In this document: positions 25,799 through 42,029 of the stretch, piece after piece | Position numbering within the stretch: the first letter of the stretch is position 1 | Layout: each line of letters begins with the position of its first letter | From: the human T2T-CHM13v2.0 reference genome, Homo sapiens | Strand: one strand, 5' to 3' | DNA length: 64,000 bases | Assembly (NCBI RefSeq): GCF_009914755.1 | Contig: NC_060931.1 | Notes under the pieces: generated by a model | Told to the model about the DNA's origin: nothing | Seen by the model: the letters and a program-made list of their open reading frames with translations, nothing else | The model's database searches: none | Translations under genes and position numbers: made by a program

Positions 25799-26680
25799 AT
25801 GTGTATAGAAAGGTTTCAAAGAAGCAAAACCTTAGTAAGAATATTTGTGTGATGGGGGGATATTTTTGTATATTTCGTATTTTATATGCTTGTAACATTT
25901 AAAGTATTTGGTCTATTAGTGTAAGAATTGTATAATTCCAATTTAAAATGGTATTTCATATAAGCTTAAGATTGTAAATTGAAATGTTGCTAAATCTATG
26001 TGCAGTGTTACAACACCTATAAAAACTTTATATTAATGATATTCCATAAATTTAATTTATTAGGTTTAAAAGAGTTAAGTATATGGGAAGATTTTGTTTC
26101 TTATGCAGAGTATTTAGGAAGAAAATGGAGACTATTACCTTTATAAATGCAGTTAAAATATGTTCAATTAATTAAATTTGTAAAGAGGCTAAATATTTTC
26201 CAAAGGTTACCTTTAAAGTAGTGATTAAATAGAAAAACAGAGGCTTGTACTATTGATTGAAATTAAGGCTGTTGAGGCAGCACTAATTTGATCAAGGTTT
26301 ATTTGAAGCCAAATGTGAGAATCCGCTTAGGAAACACACCAACAATGTTAGGAATGTTCCAGTCTGTTACAAGGTAGAAGGCTTTTATAGGAAAGTTTAG
26401 GAGAAGGGAGGGGACTCCTCATACAAGAGTTTTTTCCTCTTTCATTTGAGGGTACAATACAGAGGTTACAATTGTTGGATACAGATTGCAACATACAAGC
26501 TAAAATGTCTACATGCAAGACAATCAATAAAACTTTATGATTCAGAAATAAATCAGTGTTCTTCCCAGTGTCAGAGGGTTACACATTAATCAGTACATCA
26601 ACAATTTGAGGAACTCATGGTAAGATGCTTTCCTTAGGGACAAGATGTCACCATGGATCACAAGGCCTTTCCAAGGTAAG

Positions 26681-27037
26681 TATATTAGTCTGTTTTCACA
26701 CTGCTGATAAAGACATAGCCTAGACTGGGCAATTTACAAGAGAAAGAGGTTTAATTGGAGTTACAGTTCCATGTGGCTGGGGAAGCCTCACAATCATGGT
26801 GGAAGGCAAGGAAGAGCAAGTCACATCCTACATGGATGGCAGCAGGCAAAGAGAGAGAGCTTGTGCAAGGGAACTCCTCTTTTTAAAACCATCAGATCTC
26901 TTGAGACTTATTCACTATCACGAGAACAGCACAGGAAAGACTTGCCCCCATGATTTAATTACCTCCCACCAGGTCCCTCCCACAACGGGTGGGAATTCAA
27001 GATGAGATTTGGGTGGCGACACAGACAAACCATATAA
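26681..27037 (-). mobile_element. THE1-type solo LTR inserted in an older ERV-LTR-like segment (~26260-27090)
   Basis: Reverse THE1 consensus; 5-bp TSD gtaag / gtagg. Confidence 0.85.
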
Positions 27038-27301
27038 GTAGGTTAATTTGGAAGCCTGTTTATTTTTAAAGTAAATCGTCAAATGTGACTGATAGTTCAT
27101 CAGTATACTGAACTTAAAACTGAAGGAAGAACAAGGTTTTTTTTTAAATTTCTGACTTCAGTACATCAGGTATCGGGGCGGAGGGGGGTGTTGCTATCTT
27201 TGAGGTACCTCTGGCTGCGTCTCTTCTCATCACAGTTAGATATCTGGAACTCAGGAACTGAACTGGGTTTTAGGCAGAAGTGAAGTGGAAACACTTTTTA
27301 A

Positions 27302-28165
<864 letters not shown>

Positions 28166-30000
28166 CTAAAGCCCAGATAAGTCAAATATGTTACCCAAAG
28201 AGGCCCAGCAAAGGAGTGACAAAACCAGCTTGGAAACTCTGCCTCACTGTGAAGAGTGAGACTATCTGCCCTCCCATTTCCTCTGAATTGCCATCTCTAG
28301 ATGGCTCTGAACCTTTCCTCCACCCTCCATCTCCAGCATCCAGTCCCTCTGCTCATGGAGAAAGGCACATCAGAGCTCAGTTCTGACATCTTAGCCCCAT
28401 ACTGGGCCTATGTAGTTCCTATTCTGTGTGGAATGCCCTCCTCTCCTCCCTCAGATCCAATGTGGAAACGCTCCCCACACCACCTGGATTCTGACACCCC
28501 ACATGTGCTGCCTGGCCCCACCTTACCCCATGGCCTGTAGGCCAAATTGTGAGGGAAGAGAAGAGGAAGAACTCTCACTGTGCTTTTACTCAGCCTTGCT
28601 CTGGTGACTGACAAAATTGAGGAACTTGTATTGGCCATTTGCTTATTTGAGTAGCCAGCCTAGCTTTTCTTTTGGTTGTCTGTCTTTTTCTTGCTGAGTT
28701 GTAGGAGATTTTTTATGCATTCTAAGCACAGGCCCTTTCTCAGATATGTGTGTATTTCAGATATGTGCAAATATCTTTTCCTCTCTATGGTTTGAATTTT
28801 ATCTTTCCTAAGGATGTCTTTTGAAGAACAGAAGTTTTTTTTTATTTCAATACAGTTCAATTTATCAATCTTTTTCTCTATAAGTAAGGCTTTTGTTTCC
28901 TAAGAAAAGTTTTTCCTATTTCAGTCTTGGGGATACTCTTTTATGTTACCTTTTAGAACTCTATCATTTTATCTTTCACATTTAGATTGACAATCTATCA
29001 GGAACTGATTTTTGTGTATCTTGGGGGAGAGGGTCATGATTCATTTCTTTCTGTGTGGATACCCAACTAGGTCAGCATCCTACATTGAAAAACCTCCTTT
29101 ACCCAATGCTCTGCATGCCTCCTCCATCATAAATCATGTGTCCTTGTGGGTATCATCTGTTTCTGGACTTTCTATTCTTTCCATTTTTCTATTTGTTCTT
29201 CCTTGTGCCAAAATCTCACTATCTTTATTTCTATATATTTATATTATCTTGATTTCTAGTAGTGTAAGTTCTCTGACTTTGTTTTTCTTCAAGATTGCTT
29301 TCGTGAATTTTCATCTTTTGTGGTTCTATATGAATTTTTGAATCAGCTTATCAGTTTCCACAAAAAATTTTCTGGGGTTATTATTGAAATTACAGTGAAA
29401 CTAGTAATTAATTTGAAGAGAATTGACATCTCTGTAGTATAGAGCCCTCAATTCATGGTATATTCCTCCATTTCTTTTGACAGTTAATTTCTCTCAATAT
29501 TATACAAATTAAAATACAAAGTTATTATTTTTCATAGTTTTCTTGACCACCTTTTGTTAGAGTAATTCCAATAGTTTATATATAGATTCTTTTGGATCTT
29601 TAAAAAAAATTTTTTTTTGTAGAGGTGGGGTCTTGCTATGTCTTGAACTCCTGGCCTCAAGTGATCCTCCTGCCTTGGCCTCAGAAATTGCTGGGGTTAC
29701 AGGCATGAGCCACTGCACCCAGACTGAATCTTTTTTATACATATTTATGTTATCTGTGAATGATGTCAATTTTATTTATTTCTAATCCTTATAAACTTAG
29801 TTTCTTTTTCTTGCCTTATTACAATGGCTAAGACCTCCAGTACAATGTTGGGTAAAAGTGGGCAACTTTGTCTCATTCCCAATCTCAGGGGAAAGGGTTT
29901 CAATGTTTGACTATTAAGTATAAAATTTGTTCAACCGTATGTTATTTTATATGTGTGTGTGTGTCTGTGTGTGTGTGTGTGTGTGTGTATAATAACATTA

Positions 30001-30201
<201 letters not shown>

Positions 30202-30390
30202 CTATAAAAGTCTCAATTTATCAAGAAGGTTAAAACACCCTAAACTTGTATGCATCATACACACACACAGACACATACACACACACACACGGCTAAGATT
30301 TATTTTAGCTAGAATGTCTTGTTTCTAATGGGAAGGTTAGCCACATAACCCAGACCTCCCCCCTGCACTCCTTCCTCTCTTTGTATATTC

Positions 30391-30668
30391 TTTTTTTTTT
30401 TTTTTTTTGTTGAGACAGAAGCTCACTCTTTCACTCAGGCTGGAGTACAGTGGTGCCATCATAGCTCACTGCAGCCTCAAACTCGAGCTGAAACAATCCT
30501 CCCACCTCAGCCTTCCAAATAGCTAGCCTGGCTAACTTTTAAACTTTTTGTAGAGACAGTATCTCGCTATGTTGCCTAGGCTGGTCTTGAACTCCTGGCC
30601 TCAAGCAATTCTCCTGCCTCAGCCTCCCAAAGTGCTGGGATTACAGGCATGAGCCACCGTACCTGGAC
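30391..30668 (-). mobile_element. Old (AluJ-like) Alu with an internal deletion
   Basis: Reverse Alu flanked by tctttgtatattc direct repeats. Confidence 0.9.
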
Positions 30669-30683
30669 TGTCTTTGTATATTC

Positions 30684-31077
30684 TTTTTTTTTTAAACATA
30701 AACTCAATATTTTATTGTCTTCATAATAAAACAAAAGATGACACTTAGAACTGGATCACTTGGCCCTTGCTCTTCTTACCTCCTCCCAGTTCAAAATGCT
30801 TGTATCTCTTAATAGCCAGCATTCTCTTAGATCTGCAGTTGGGCTTCATGCACTCAAAACTTAGCACAATCTTCTTTGTAGTTTTAGCCTTTTTCTGGAA
30901 AATTGGCTTAGTCTCCCCACCATAGCCCCTCTGCTTCCTGTCATAACATGGCTTTCCCTAGGCATACAGGGAAATGTGTCCTGTGTCACTCTGTGGGGCT
31001 GGTGCTTCCCACACTTCTTACAGAAAGTCCAGTGGGTTTTAGGAGTGTTCACCATGTTTGCAGGAGCACTATTGGCA
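30684..31077 (-). pseudogene. Processed pseudogene of ribosomal protein eL42 (RPL36A/RPL36AL)
   Basis: ATG at 31055 gives [25 protein letters not shown] (parent [25 protein letters not shown]). A frameshifting deletion follows. The remainder matches ...RCKHFELGG.KK.KGQVIQF* with stop at 30745-30747. Intronless, AATAAA at 30711-30716, poly(A) at 30684-30693, TSD present. Confidence 0.95.
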
Positions 31078-32270
31078 CTCTTTGTGTTTTCTTGATTTTA
31101 TTTGCTGTTAAATATGTTGCAACTATTTTTCTGAGCTCATATGTGTCTTTCAACTTTCTTTAATTTTTTGTGTGTTTTCAGATGTTTTCCATTATTATAT
31201 GGTCATACCTTAGTGTTTACCTTTATGGCTTCTGGACTTTGTGCTTAGGAAACTTTTCCCCCTCCAAGATTATAACATACCCTTCTGTGTTTCCTTCCGA
31301 TAGTTGTATAGTTTCATTTTTGTGTTTAGTGCTTTAATCTGTCTGTACTTTTATTTTGTGTATTGTGTGAAGTATAGATATAACTTTATTTTGATCCAAA
31401 TAATTTGCTCACTACTCTCACACCGTTTACTGAAGGATCTACCCTTTCCTCTGATTTGAAATGTCTGCTGTCAAAAGCTATTTTGTTCCTCAAATCTATC
31501 TGTTTATTCTGCACCTGTGGAGTTTTTAACAGGGTGAATTGTGCGATTTCTCCTCAGCCTCTATTCCCTCGTAGCTGTCCCTTCACCAAACCTCCTGTCC
31601 ATCATGGTCAGCCAGCAACCCTCCCAAAGGTGGGCTAATGATGCTGGCACATGGGGCTCTTATGAGGACCCAAAAGTAGATAGTAGGCTCCAGAAACGCC
31701 AGCTCCTTTCCACCCCTTTTTGCTTGTCTTCCCTTTACATGCTGACAGTCCCTCTGAGCCTCAAAGCAACAGCAGCCCCTCAGCCAAACAAGGGCTGGAC
31801 CCAGCATGGGGCAGAAAGACTCGAGGGGATCTGGAATGTTCCTTGACATTTCCACCCACTGCCCTGGCCTGGGGCCCTCCTGGGAGCTGGTTGTTTGTAC
31901 GGTGGGTTCTTCCCTCCTTGAATGCACCGTGGTTCTCCTGTAGCTCCTCCAGGTGTTGCCTACTTCACAGTCTCTTCCAGAAAAGGAGGGGCTGCACATC
32001 CTACTCCTGACTGACTCTCAGGCTCTGTGCCCTCCCAGTTTGAAGAGAAATTACTCCCACTCCTCAAAGGCCCTTGTAAGGCATGAGCACACAATGGCCT
32101 GGCTACTTTCTTGAAAAGAGGGAGGAGAAATAGAACAAAACACAGACTAGTATCTCCACAAATCACTCTCCCACACATGTATTATTTGTGTCATTCACAA
32201 AAATTATCTTAAACCGAGAGGAAGCCAGGGTAGGACATGTGACATAAAACACCATTTCTGCCAACAAATG

Positions 32271-32276
32271 TTTATT
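32271..32276 (-). terminator. NPC1L1: NPC1L1 polyadenylation signal AATAAA
   Basis: tttatt on + strand about 0.9 kb past the stop codon, followed on the minus strand by a GU/U-rich element (tggtgttttatgt). Confidence 0.8.
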
Positions 32277-32545
32277 AAACACCTATGTGCACAGCACAGA
32301 GCCAGGATCTTCATCTCCACTGCAGTTCACGCTTCTGGAGAGCTGTCCAAAAGCTCGGGTTGGGCTGGTTTGAGGCCTGGGATCCAGGCCCGAGGTGAAG
32401 ATGGGAGGACCAGCCCAGCCCCAAGAGCTCCCAGCCTTCAGACTCCTGGGTGGCCTTGACTGGCAGCAACAGCCTTAATAAGTATTGGAGCTGGAGACCA
32501 AACCCAACACCATTTTCCAGGAGGGGCTAATCCATGACCAAGGTG

Positions 32546-32593
32546 CTTATGAGAGCATCCTTCCTGGGCCTTATGAGAGCATCCTTCCTGGGC
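32546..32593. repeat. Perfect 24-bp tandem duplication in the NPC1L1 3'UTR
   Basis: cttatgagagcatccttcctgggc x2 (32546-32569, 32570-32593). Confidence 0.97.
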
Positions 32594-33166
32594 CCTTCTC
32601 TTGCCAGAAAAGGCCGTGGATGGCAGACCTGCAGGTGCGCCCTGGAGGGAGTGGCTGCCGACCGGCCTCCCACAGCGTTGGCTCTTGGCCTGAGCCTTTG
32701 CCTCTCTCTGGCCTCCTGTGATATCACACCCAGGGTAGTGGTCATTGTCTGTGTTCTCAGGGACACTGCTACGTGTTAAAGACTTACTGACACAGAATTA
32801 AGACTTTCGAGAGAGGAACTGAGAAGGGAAAAGTTGGATGAGAAGTGGGCTCCTAGGAAAGTGAGTGAGTGTGGGACAAACATGGAGTGTGTCTGTTCCT
32901 GCCAACTTCCAGACCCAGGCCCAGGAGGAGGCACTGCCCAAGGCCTAGGTGACTTGGAAACTGGGGACCCACTATGGGAGCAGAGGAGCCATCAGTGGTG
33001 CTGCCTGGATACCTCAAGAGCAGGCCATCCTCCAGTGACAGGCAGTCTCATGGGAATGGCCTCCCCTAGGATTTGAGGAGGGCGTGTGTCAAGGGGCAGT
33101 CACAAGGAAGATCCCCATAACCCTTTGGTTCAGGGCCATAGAGCCTAGACAGGGCCTCTGGCTGTA

Positions 33167-33369
33167 TCAGAACTGCCGCCCATTGTTGGGCAAGAAGTTG
33201 CTGATGGCACCAGCACCTTTGATAGAACCTTCAAAGCTGTGGTTGACATAGATGTTGTCAGCTGTGGAGACTCGGGAGGGGTGATTTGGGCAAGAGGCCA
33301 CCATGACTGCTGCCACCGCCTCCTCAGCCCGCTTCTGCTCCAGTGCCAGAGCCGGGTTGACGTCAGGCC
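33167..33369 (-). CDS. NPC1L1: NPC1L1 last coding exon (exon 20 counting the Alu exon; 203 nt incl. TGA), cytoplasmic tail with YVNHSF endocytic motif at 33233-33250
   Basis: ccgcag|GGCCTGAC; translates to PDVNPALALEQKRAEE...NIYVNHSFEG...NNGRQF*. Confidence 0.97.
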
Positions 33370-34101
33370 CTGCGGAGAGACAGAGAACCACAGTCAGAGA
33401 GGTGGGCAGGGGACACAGGTGAGAAGCTATTCCTGGTTCTGTACAACAAACCCAGGGCAGGAAGGGTCCCAGGGGGGATCTGTGCCATGTGCCTTCCAGG
33501 GTCACTATGTTCACAGCCCAAGCTTCAGGGATGTCCTGGTCCCTCCATCCCCCAAGCATTTTGGGAACCTCCAAGGAATAGCCACCACCTGCAGCTCCAA
33601 GGCCCTGGATATTCTTCGTCCAAGCACACCCCACGACTGCTCCTCCTTGCCCCTCTCTTATGTCTCATCCACCACCCCCAGCGCACACACTCTACTCCTT
33701 CCAAGAGGGTCAGGGAGTCCCCACAAGAGACATGGTTAGGAACCACAGAGCTGTGTGGGCTCCAACCCCTACTACCTTTGACCAAGTCTGTAACCTGGGG
33801 CAGGTGTCTCAGTTCCCTCATCTGTAAAATGGGAAGGATAATAATACCTGCCTCGGGGGTAGTAAGAGAATTACAGACACATATGTTGATGCACAAACAC
33901 ACCCCTCTATAAATGTCCTCTAATAATATTATTACCATCTGGTGGGGGGTAAAATTGAACTCCTCCCAGCTTGCCCACCCTGAGAGCCAGAAACACCTTC
34001 ATCCTGGGAGGCTCAATTTGAGCTTCCATGTGCCTCAGCCTCCCAAAGTGCTAGGATTACAAACATGAGCCACCACTCCTGGCCAGCATTTCAAAATATT
34101 A

Positions 34102-35114
<1,013 letters not shown>

Positions 35115-35522
35115 TCAGAATGCTTCACATGTATAAAGGAAGTATTAATATTATTTAGTGAAGCATTTGTTTTAGGCAGGCATGTCTATGTGTGCCCGTG
35201 CGTGTCACCTCTCTGTGTAAAATATATTTCTTGCTGAAGGGCATGCTTAAAAGTCCAACAGCAGTGCAGTGAAGATCCACAGTGTACAGGGCCACAGAAA
35301 CGTTGTTTGAGACATACATCGCTGACAAAAAAAGATGTTCACAGCACATTAAATGAATAATAGTAGCTTCCAAGACAGAATTGCCACATGGTCATAGTCC
35401 TGGCTTCTGACATCTGCCCATGGCTCGTTTGCACTTCCTGAGCTTTTGTGGTGAGCATGCACTGTTACTGTTGTCGTCAGCATAATCATGACAGTCTGGT
35501 AGGAACAGGCCTGGGCACTCAC

Positions 35523-35685
35523 CCACATAGCTGAGGATGACGGGCAGGAAGACCAAGCCATGCAGCAGGCCCAGCAGAGTGATCAGGAGGTTGAGGCGGA
35601 AGAAGAAGATCTGAATGAGCTGGGCCTTGGCGAGGCCCAGGACAAGGATGCCAGGCAGGTTGGTCATGGCCACACCTGCAAACAC
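35523..35685 (-). CDS. NPC1L1: NPC1L1 exon 19 (163 nt; VFAGVAMTNLPGILVL...PVILSYV)
   Basis: ccccag|GTG ... GTGG|gtgagt. Confidence 0.97.
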
Positions 35686-35707
35686 CTGGGGGGGTCAGAG
35701 CCAGGTG

Positions 35708-35783
35708 TCAGGCAGGGCACAGGGCATCAGGCAGGGCACAGGGCATCAGGCAGGGCACAGGGTGTCGAGTGGGGCACAGGGTG
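35708..35783. repeat. 19-bp minisatellite (about 4 copies) inside a 118-nt intron
   Basis: tcaggcagggcacagggca x2, then tcaggcagggcacagggtg, then tcgagtggggcacagggtg. Confidence 0.92.
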
Positions 35784-35803
35784 GCCCACTCCTCTCCACT
35801 CAC

Positions 35804-35917
35804 CGCACTTCCCATAGAGATGGTGGCCTCTTTGGCCCTCTCCAGCCAGGTGGGCTTGGTGCTGATGGCAAAGGAGCGGGTAATGTGGGACACAAACTCC
35901 ACAGACATGCCCACCGC
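35804..35917 (-). CDS. NPC1L1: NPC1L1 exon 18 (114 nt; AVGMSVEFVSHITRSF...MGSA)
   Basis: ccatag|GCG ... GCG|gtgagt; carries the VGxSVEF transmembrane motif of NPC1/Patched-family RND proteins. Confidence 0.97.
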
Positions 35918-36022
35918 CTATGGGCAGAGAGGGGGCATAAGCCAAGAAAGGCAGAGGTGGGGAAGGAACTAGGGAGATGAGGCCTCCACCAGGACCAGCG
36001 TGGGGCAGGCATCTAGATTCTA

Positions 36023-36345
<323 letters not shown>

Positions 36346-36422
36346 AACTAGGAGTATTCTATGAGGCTGGATCCCCAACCACCCCTCCAGAGGCCCCCTG
36401 GTGCCTGTGTCTGCTGGGTTAC

Positions 36423-36654
36423 CGAGACCAGGTTGATGAGGGACACAGCATTGTAACTGATGCCCCACAGGGCCATGAAGCCGACAGTGTCCACGAGGAT
36501 CATGACAATGGAGAGCAGGTTGAGGAGGCCGGAGCGCAGGTCCAGGCCCAGCAGGAGGCAGGAGACAGCGAAGGTGGGCACAAGGCAGAGGCTGAGCATG
36601 AAGAGCCCCTCAGGGAGGATGGTCAGGTACTGCTCATAAAACACATTGGTGATC
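36423..36654 (-). CDS. NPC1L1: NPC1L1 exon 17 (232 nt; ITNVFYEQYLTILPEG...INLVS)
   Basis: tggcag|GATC ... TCG|gtaacc. Confidence 0.97.
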
Positions 36655-36926
36655 CTGCCAGAGCACAGAGCATGGTCACAGGCTCAGGCCTCTGGGGCCC
36701 TCATGGTGGGTGGGACACCCCACTTCAGAAGGAGAATGCTGAGGGTCAGGCAGGCTTATATTGGGGTACAAACCAGCCTAAGAAATAGGCCCAAGGCTGC
36801 AGCCAGAGCCTCCTGACCTAAAACTGGTCCTCATCTCATGCAACTCCTTGCAAGCCCTCCACCCTAACCTCCAGTCTCCAGCAACCATACCCCACCTCCC
36901 TCCAGCCCAGCCACTCAGGTCCTCAC

Positions 36927-37077
36927 GTGTAGGGGAAGACCTCAAAAGCCGGGTCTGTTCCAGGCACTTTCCGCAGGTCAGCAGTGATGTTGGCTGCCAG
37001 CTCTCGAGCTGCCCGCAGAGCTTCTGTGTAATCCTGTGAGTTTTTCAGGGGCTTGTGATAGGCCATGAACCTGGAGG
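36927..37077 (-). CDS. NPC1L1: NPC1L1 exon 16 (151 nt; SRFMAYHKPLKNSQD...VFPY)
   Basis: gtccag|CCTCC ... TACAC|gtgagg. Confidence 0.97.
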
Positions 37078-37520
37078 CTGGACAGCCATGGCACACAGAA
37101 GATGGAAGGGCAAAGGTCAGAGCCCTTTCCAGGACAACTTCAGAACACCGCAGACGCAGTGGCACAGGCATGTGATCAAGCGGGGTTCAGGGCTCTGCCA
37201 CCACCATTTGAAATTCTTAGTAAATTTTGTGCAAGAGGCCCATATTTTTGTTTTGCACCAGCCCTGCAAACTCCATAGCTGGCCCCACTGCTGTGGGAGA
37301 CCCAGGCCTGACCTTTGATGAGTGAAGCCTACAGAGATCTCCCTAGTGAACCGAGATTCTTCTCTGTATGGTTTCAAGATATGCATTGGATTTTTAAAAT
37401 TAACTTAATTGGTTTTTAATTTGCATATTCCTATAGGAAAGGACTAGAAAGGAAGACAGAAAAATGAGAACGGTTGGATTATTAGAGCTGTGGCTTAGGG
37501 CTCCTGCCAGATAAAGGTTA

Positions 37521-38404
<884 letters not shown>

Positions 38405-38644
38405 GTTATTTCTTTATTGTGTACAGTGAGCATGTGTATCTGAAAAAGAAACAATAGTGCTACATAGGTGTGGAGAAAAAAGAAGAGAAATGTTCTTGGA
38501 TACATACAATCTCAGAGCAGGGGAGGTGCCTGGAGAACTTCCCACCAGGCCTCTGACCACCTGGAGGGTAGTTCACACACAAATGCCCAGCCCAGCCCAG
38601 CAATTCGGGGTCTGCAAAGTCTTGGGTGAGGGCTGAGAACTTGC

Positions 38645-38792
38645 GTTTCTTCTTTTTCTTTCTTTCTTTCTTTTTCTTCCTTCCTTCCTTCCTTCTTTCT
38701 TTCTTTCTCTTTCTCTCTCTTTCTCTCTCTCTCTTTCTCCCTTTCTTTCTTTTCTTTTCTTTTCTTTCCTTTTCTTCTCTCTTCTTTTCTTT
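38645..38792 (+). repeat. Polypyrimidine (TTTC/TTCC/TC)n tract
   Basis: Read directly from the sequence. Confidence 0.95.
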
Positions 38793-39521
38793 CAATATCT
38801 GGCTTTTTTGCCCAGGCTGGTCTCAGACAGACTAGACTCCTGGGCTCAAGTGATCCTCCCACCTTGGCCTCCCAACGTACTGGGATTATAGGCGTGAGCT
38901 GCAGCACCTAGCTGGAACTTCATTTTGAACAATTTCCAGGTTATGCTGATGCTGCTGGCTGGGGGACCTCATTTTGGGAAGTGCTGCTCTAGACTAACCT
39001 AGTGCACACACAAGAAGACAAAGGTCAGAGATGGTGCAGACTTGCCCCCGGTTATGGGGGCTTGGCTCTACTGTGTGCTCCTTCCAGGCCCTGCTCCTCA
39101 TTCCCTGACTGACACATCCACTCCCATCTGTCCACACCAGCCCCACCACACTGGCCTCACAGAGCCTGTTGTGCTCAGCTACCAGGGCTGGGCAGGGTGC
39201 ATTGCCCTTCTGGAAACATGGGAACTTCATAGCTGGAAGGGTGGGGTGAGCGAACTTGAGGCAGCTTTCAGCCAGCAGTTCAAACTATGAATTATTTCAG
39301 TACAAAGTGAGATCATCCTTCAAAAACTCCCCCACCCACCGACGACCCCCATGTCCATCTCCAGCACGAGCTCCCTTAGGGCCCCTACACCGAGCATGTC
39401 TGCACGGAGCTATGGCCAGCTCCTTTACACAGATGGCTGTCTTGTTCTGCCATCTGCTGTATAAGCTGACAGCATGTTGTGGGTCCTTTTCCTGTCAGTC
39501 CAACTGCATCTCTCTTGTTAC

Positions 39522-40090
<569 letters not shown>

Positions 40091-40485
40091 TGCTAAGATT
40101 ACAGGCGCCCAGCCTCTTGTTACTTTAAATGACTGCTAGGATTGTGCTGTGCCAAGCATCCTAATTCATTTAACCAGCTGCCCTTTGGGTGTAATTTGTG
40201 CTGGTAAGAAAGGTGCTTAGCCAGGGTGTGGAGAACTCCCAAGTATGGTATCAACTGCTGAATCAATTCCACAAACTTAGCACTGACCATGGACTTGGGA
40301 GTGAGAGAAGGGGTGAAGTCTGAGATGTGGAGCTGGGAAACAAGACCCCTGCTGACAGGGCCAGCGCAGTGAGAACCTCCTGACAAAGGAGGGAGACAAC
40401 ATGTGACAGGCTGTTCCCTGGGGTTTTCGGGGGCCCTCCAGAGCAACCGATTTATGTCCTCCCCTCCAGGCAAGGCCATGCTTAC

Positions 40486-40541
40486 CTAAAACCTGGCCAT
40501 CTGAAGTCAAGTTCACAGAGGTGCTGTATGCTGCCAGGCCG
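40486..40541 (-). CDS. NPC1L1: NPC1L1 exon 14 (56 nt; GLAAYSTSVNLTSDGQVL)
   Basis: ttgcag|CGGC ... TTAG|gtaagc. Confidence 0.96.
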
Positions 40542-40712
40542 CTGCAAGAAGGTCAGGGCAAAGGCTTAGCCAGGGACGAAGCTTCTTTCATCTGCCCAGC
40601 CCACAGCCACCCCAGAGAGGCCCCTGATAGCCTCCTCCTGCCTCTCTATATTCAACCCCATCCTGTGTCCCACATGTCTGTCCTCCCCAGCAGAAGGCCC
40701 TCCCAAGCTTAC

Positions 40713-40839
40713 CCTTTGGGACATTTGATGTTGGGCCGGTCGTTCAGGAACCAGGGAAGATACTTATGGAACTGCTCCACCGAGGGCCTCACAGAGCCCA
40801 TCGTGATGCTCATGCAGTTCTTTAGGCAGTTCAGAGAGT
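40713..40839 (-). CDS. NPC1L1: NPC1L1 exon 13 (127 nt; SLNCLKNCMS...IKCPK)
   Basis: ctgcag|ACTCT ... AAAGG|gtaagc. Confidence 0.97.
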
Positions 40840-41432
40840 CTGCAGAGAAAGCAGGGGTCTGGGCAGTGACACCCCAGGGCCAGCAGCTCCTGCTTTGTGC
40901 CCCTCCTTCCCCAACAATCCCATCAAAGGTCCTGGGCACTCCAGCCTCAACCAGTCGCTTCTAGGGGGATTTGCATTTGTCATTTGTGGGAGAAGTTCTC
41001 CTCTTGGCTATAGAAACTGTGGGCACCTACAGGCAGAAGGGGAAAGGAAGTTTGGGGCAGAAAAACAGGCCCCACAAAGGCCTCTCCACCTACAAATGCC
41101 ACTGCTTTGGGCGGCAGGGCCATGTGCTAACCTCAGCAGCTCTCCCCTCCTGACTCCCCACTGCCCTGCCACCCGGGAGCACCATGTGCTCTGAAAATGG
41201 GGGCACAGTACACAGCAGTATACATGTGTGATGCCCACGGGCCAGCACGGTCACCCACACAGGTGCTTCTCACAGAGTGCCTGTCCCTCAGGCCACATCT
41301 GCACCCATGCCCCCGACAGACCCTGCAGGATGCGTGGGAGAGGTTGAGGGAGCCTCTCCAGTCCTCTCCTTTCTGTTGCCTCAGTTTGCCCGAGCTGTGG
41401 TGGACAGTGAGTCCCCATGGCCCCACACTCAC

Positions 41433-41557
41433 TGACGGTCGAGGGGCAGAACTTGTCCTTATTGGGGCCAGATATATAAAGGCGGCAGCAGGAGGACGGG
41501 GTCAGCCAGTCAATGAAGTCATCCACCCAGGAGGAGGCAGGGATGGCCAGGTAAGAC
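41433..41557 (-). CDS. NPC1L1: NPC1L1 exon 12 (125 nt; SYLAIPASSWVDDFIDWL...CPSTV)
   Basis: ccttag|GTCT ... GTCA|gtgagt. Confidence 0.97.
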
Positions 41558-41772
41558 CTAAGGGGCAGGTGGGAGGAAGGGTGAAAAGGCCAGCTGGGCA
41601 GGGTGGTGGGTCCTTCTCGTGGCCCAACCCCCACGCAGCCCTCCCCAGGCATACGGCAGCAAGGCAGCAGGGCAGCAGGACAGGGATAGAACATCAGGAA
41701 GAGGGGACTGGAGAGGACTGGGGGGACTCAAACAGGGAGTAGGCTGGGGTTTGGGGCGGGCCAGGAACTCAC

Positions 41773-41963
41773 TGCTCAGGGAACTCTGTGGCATACTGGA
41801 TCTTCTGGGTGAAGGAGAAGTTGTTGCAGCCTGCACTGGAGCAGATGGCATTCATCCCAGCCTCGCTGGAGAAGTTGTAGCCCAAGGTGGTAACAAAGTA
41901 CACCGGGGCCCCCACCTCGAAGTAGCGGTTCAGAAAGAGGAAATAGTCAAGCAGGTACGAGTC
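41773..41963 (-). CDS. NPC1L1: NPC1L1 exon 11 (191 nt; DSYLLDYFLFLNRYFEVGAPVYFV...TEFPE)
   Basis: tcctag|GAC ... GAGCA|gtgagt. Confidence 0.97.
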
Positions 41964-42029
41964 CTAGGAGTGGAGGAGGGTCAGTGAGCTTTGGTTCGCT
42001 ATGCACACCCCTAAAGGGCTCACTCCAGC

